From Candidatus Zixiibacteriota bacterium (GTDB lineage Bacteria; Zixibacteria; MSB-5A5; GN15; PGXB01), in NCBI GenBank assembly GCA_040753495.1, contig JBFMEF010000048.1, forward strand, positions 1,594 to 65,593: 64,000 nucleotides of DNA, in the 5' to 3' direction. Position numbers and translations under genes: made by a program. Under the pieces are notes generated by a model. The model made no database searches. It was not told where the DNA came from and saw nothing but the letters and a program-made list of their open reading frames with translations. This document shows positions 62,965 through 64,000 of this stretch, one piece after another; positions within the stretch are counted from its first letter, which is position 1; each line of letters starts with the position of its first letter.

Positions 62965-63714
62965 ATGCAACTTGCTACTCTTGGAATAATAGCGTTTCTG
63001 GCGTTGATAATTCTATCGAACGCAATTAGAATTCTTCGCGAATATGAGCGCGGTGTTATCTTTCGACTGGGACGACTGATAGGCGCTAAAGGACCGGGAA
63101 TTATCTTCCTCATTCCTCTCGTGGACCGCATGCTCAAAGTCGATTTGCGCACGATTACTTTTGATGTCCCCTCGCAGGATGTAATTACCCGCGATAACGT
63201 GTCCGTCAAGGTAAACGCCGTGGTTTATTTCCGGGTGATGGACCCCAACAAAGCCATTGTGGCGGTCGCCAATTATTTTGAGGCTACCTCACAGATTGCG
63301 CAGACCACCCTTCGCTCTGTTCTGGGGCAGGTGGAACTGGATGAACTTCTGGCGAACCGGGAAAAAATAAACCAGGAGTTGCAGAAAATTATCGACCATC
63401 AGACCGAGCCGTGGGGTATCAAAGTTTCCGTGGTCGAAATAAAGAATGTTGACCTGCCGCCGGAGATGACCCGGGCGATCGCGCGCCAAGCGGAAGCGGA
63501 ACGGGAGAGACGGGCGAAAGTTATTCATGCCGAAGGAGAACTGCAGGCGTCGCATAAACTGTCCGAGGCGGCCGCCATCATTGCAGCCCAGCCCAGCACA
63601 TTGCAACTTCGCTTCCTGCAAACGCTGACAGAAGTCTCGGTGGGAAAATCAAGCACTATCATATTCCCGCTGCCGATCGATCTGTTTGAGCCGTTCTTGA
63701 GGGATAAGAAATAA
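62965..63714 (+). CDS. SPFH/Band-7 (stomatin-like) protein
   Basis: 249 aa with a GGGAGG SD, an N-terminal TM helix, [13 protein letters not shown], a PHB core, and the coiled-coil [17 protein letters not shown]. Confidence 0.9.
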   Translation: MQLATLGIIAFLALIILSNAIRILREYERGVIFRLGRLIGAKGPGIIFLIPLVDRMLKVDLRTITFDVPSQDVITRDNVSVKVNAVVYFRVMDPNKAIVAVANYFEATSQIAQTTLRSVLGQVELDELLANREKINQELQKIIDHQTEPWGIKVSVVEIKNVDLPPEMTRAIARQAEAERERRAKVIHAEGELQASHKLSEAAAIIAAQPSTLQLRFLQTLTEVSVGKSSTIIFPLPIDLFEPFLRDKK

Positions 63715-63802
63715 TAGCGCGGCTGACGTAAATCCCCAATTATAAACGGCTAATAGCTTTCAACGGCAAGAACAATAGATTCTGACGTATAATCATAAGA
63801 AT

Positions 63803-64000
63803 ATGAGGTTTGGAAAGAATCCTGTCGTAATCATAGCTGGAGCCTTATGTATGCTTGCGGCTGTCGCGGCTGGGACCGAGGAAGATTCTTCCGCCGTTAA
63901 GCGGGAGGCGAAAATGGAACTGACATGTCCATCCTTCAAGGAGGGGGATTCGATACCGGCCAAATTCACCTGTGACGGCGCTGACCTCTCGCCGGAATTG
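63803..64000 (+). CDS. YbhB/YbcL (PEBP/RKIP-like) family protein, N-terminal fragment
   Basis: The ATG at 63803 is followed by a signal peptide, MRFGKNPVVIIAGALCMLAAVAA. FKEGDSIPAKFTCDGADLSPEL matches the PEBP-family motif (IP..YTCDG.N.SP.L). The gene runs off the window. Confidence 0.7.
   Translation, partial: MRFGKNPVVIIAGALCMLAAVAAGTEEDSSAVKREAKMELTCPSFKEGDSIPAKFTCDGADLSPEL

Noticed and set aside
1-64000. CRISPR arrays, transposases, integrases, prophage genes, toxin-antitoxin pairs and known defence-system genes.
   Set aside because: By eye I found no direct-repeat/spacer periodicity, no DDE or tyrosine/serine recombinase motifs, and no nuclease/helicase/methylase combinations typical of defence islands. 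The window reads as core chromosome.

Overview
This is a 64-kb chromosomal segment from a diderm (Gram-negative) bacterium. The gene content suggests an uncultivated FCB-superphylum-like lineage: a SprA-type T9SS translocon, DUF3078, DUF3467 and DUF1844 proteins, a GH57 branching enzyme, split gcvPA/gcvPB, ThyX with a class II RNR, and selA/selB. That placement is inference only. About 50 tightly packed protein genes are present and most are housekeeping. From left to right they are: ExbD/TolQ; a GlmL/MutL-like ATPase operon next to a DAO-family flavoenzyme; and a 10.5-kb minus-strand signalling block (STAS, RsbW-like kinase, membrane GAF-PP2C, Zn-ribbon Nudix, an Omp85 barrel with a bactofilin-like N-terminus, a GAF/PAS histidine kinase, and a Ser/Thr kinase with TPR repeats). 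These are followed by thyX-nrdJ behind NrdR boxes; acpS-pyrE; hldA/hldC-like heptose genes; DUF3467-GH57; and a PqqD-like/M50/HlyD fusion locus. Next come M24 peptidase-accB-pilT-accC-gcvH-gcvPA-(Trx/TPR lipoprotein)-gcvPB; a fused ECF-type ATPase; pyrR-pyrB-pyrC with a PyrR-binding leader; recG; DUF1844; and murB. The window ends with sprA, a glutaminyl-cyclase-like M28 protein, selA, selB and an amidohydrolase, then nfeD-SPFH and a partial PEBP gene. I recognised no rRNA, tRNA, CRISPR array, transposase, integrase or phage gene. The most unusual items are listed here. (1) A single-polypeptide PqqD-like/site-2-protease/HlyD fusion flanked by a tail-anchored zinc-ribbon microprotein, a 19-aa hydrophobic ORF and a TPR protein. 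(2) An AT-rich 580-nt island carrying a complete promoter / strong SD / 23-codon ORF / terminator unit that converges on the Ser/Thr kinase gene. (3) A sigma-less, response-regulator-less signalling supercluster that includes an Omp85 barrel lacking obvious POTRA domains. (4) A cluster of four perfect GC-rich hairpins in an otherwise unexplained spacer. (5) A one-base frame problem in a T4 run at the sprA 5' end. All functional calls rest on motif recognition by eye. No database search or folding computation was run.
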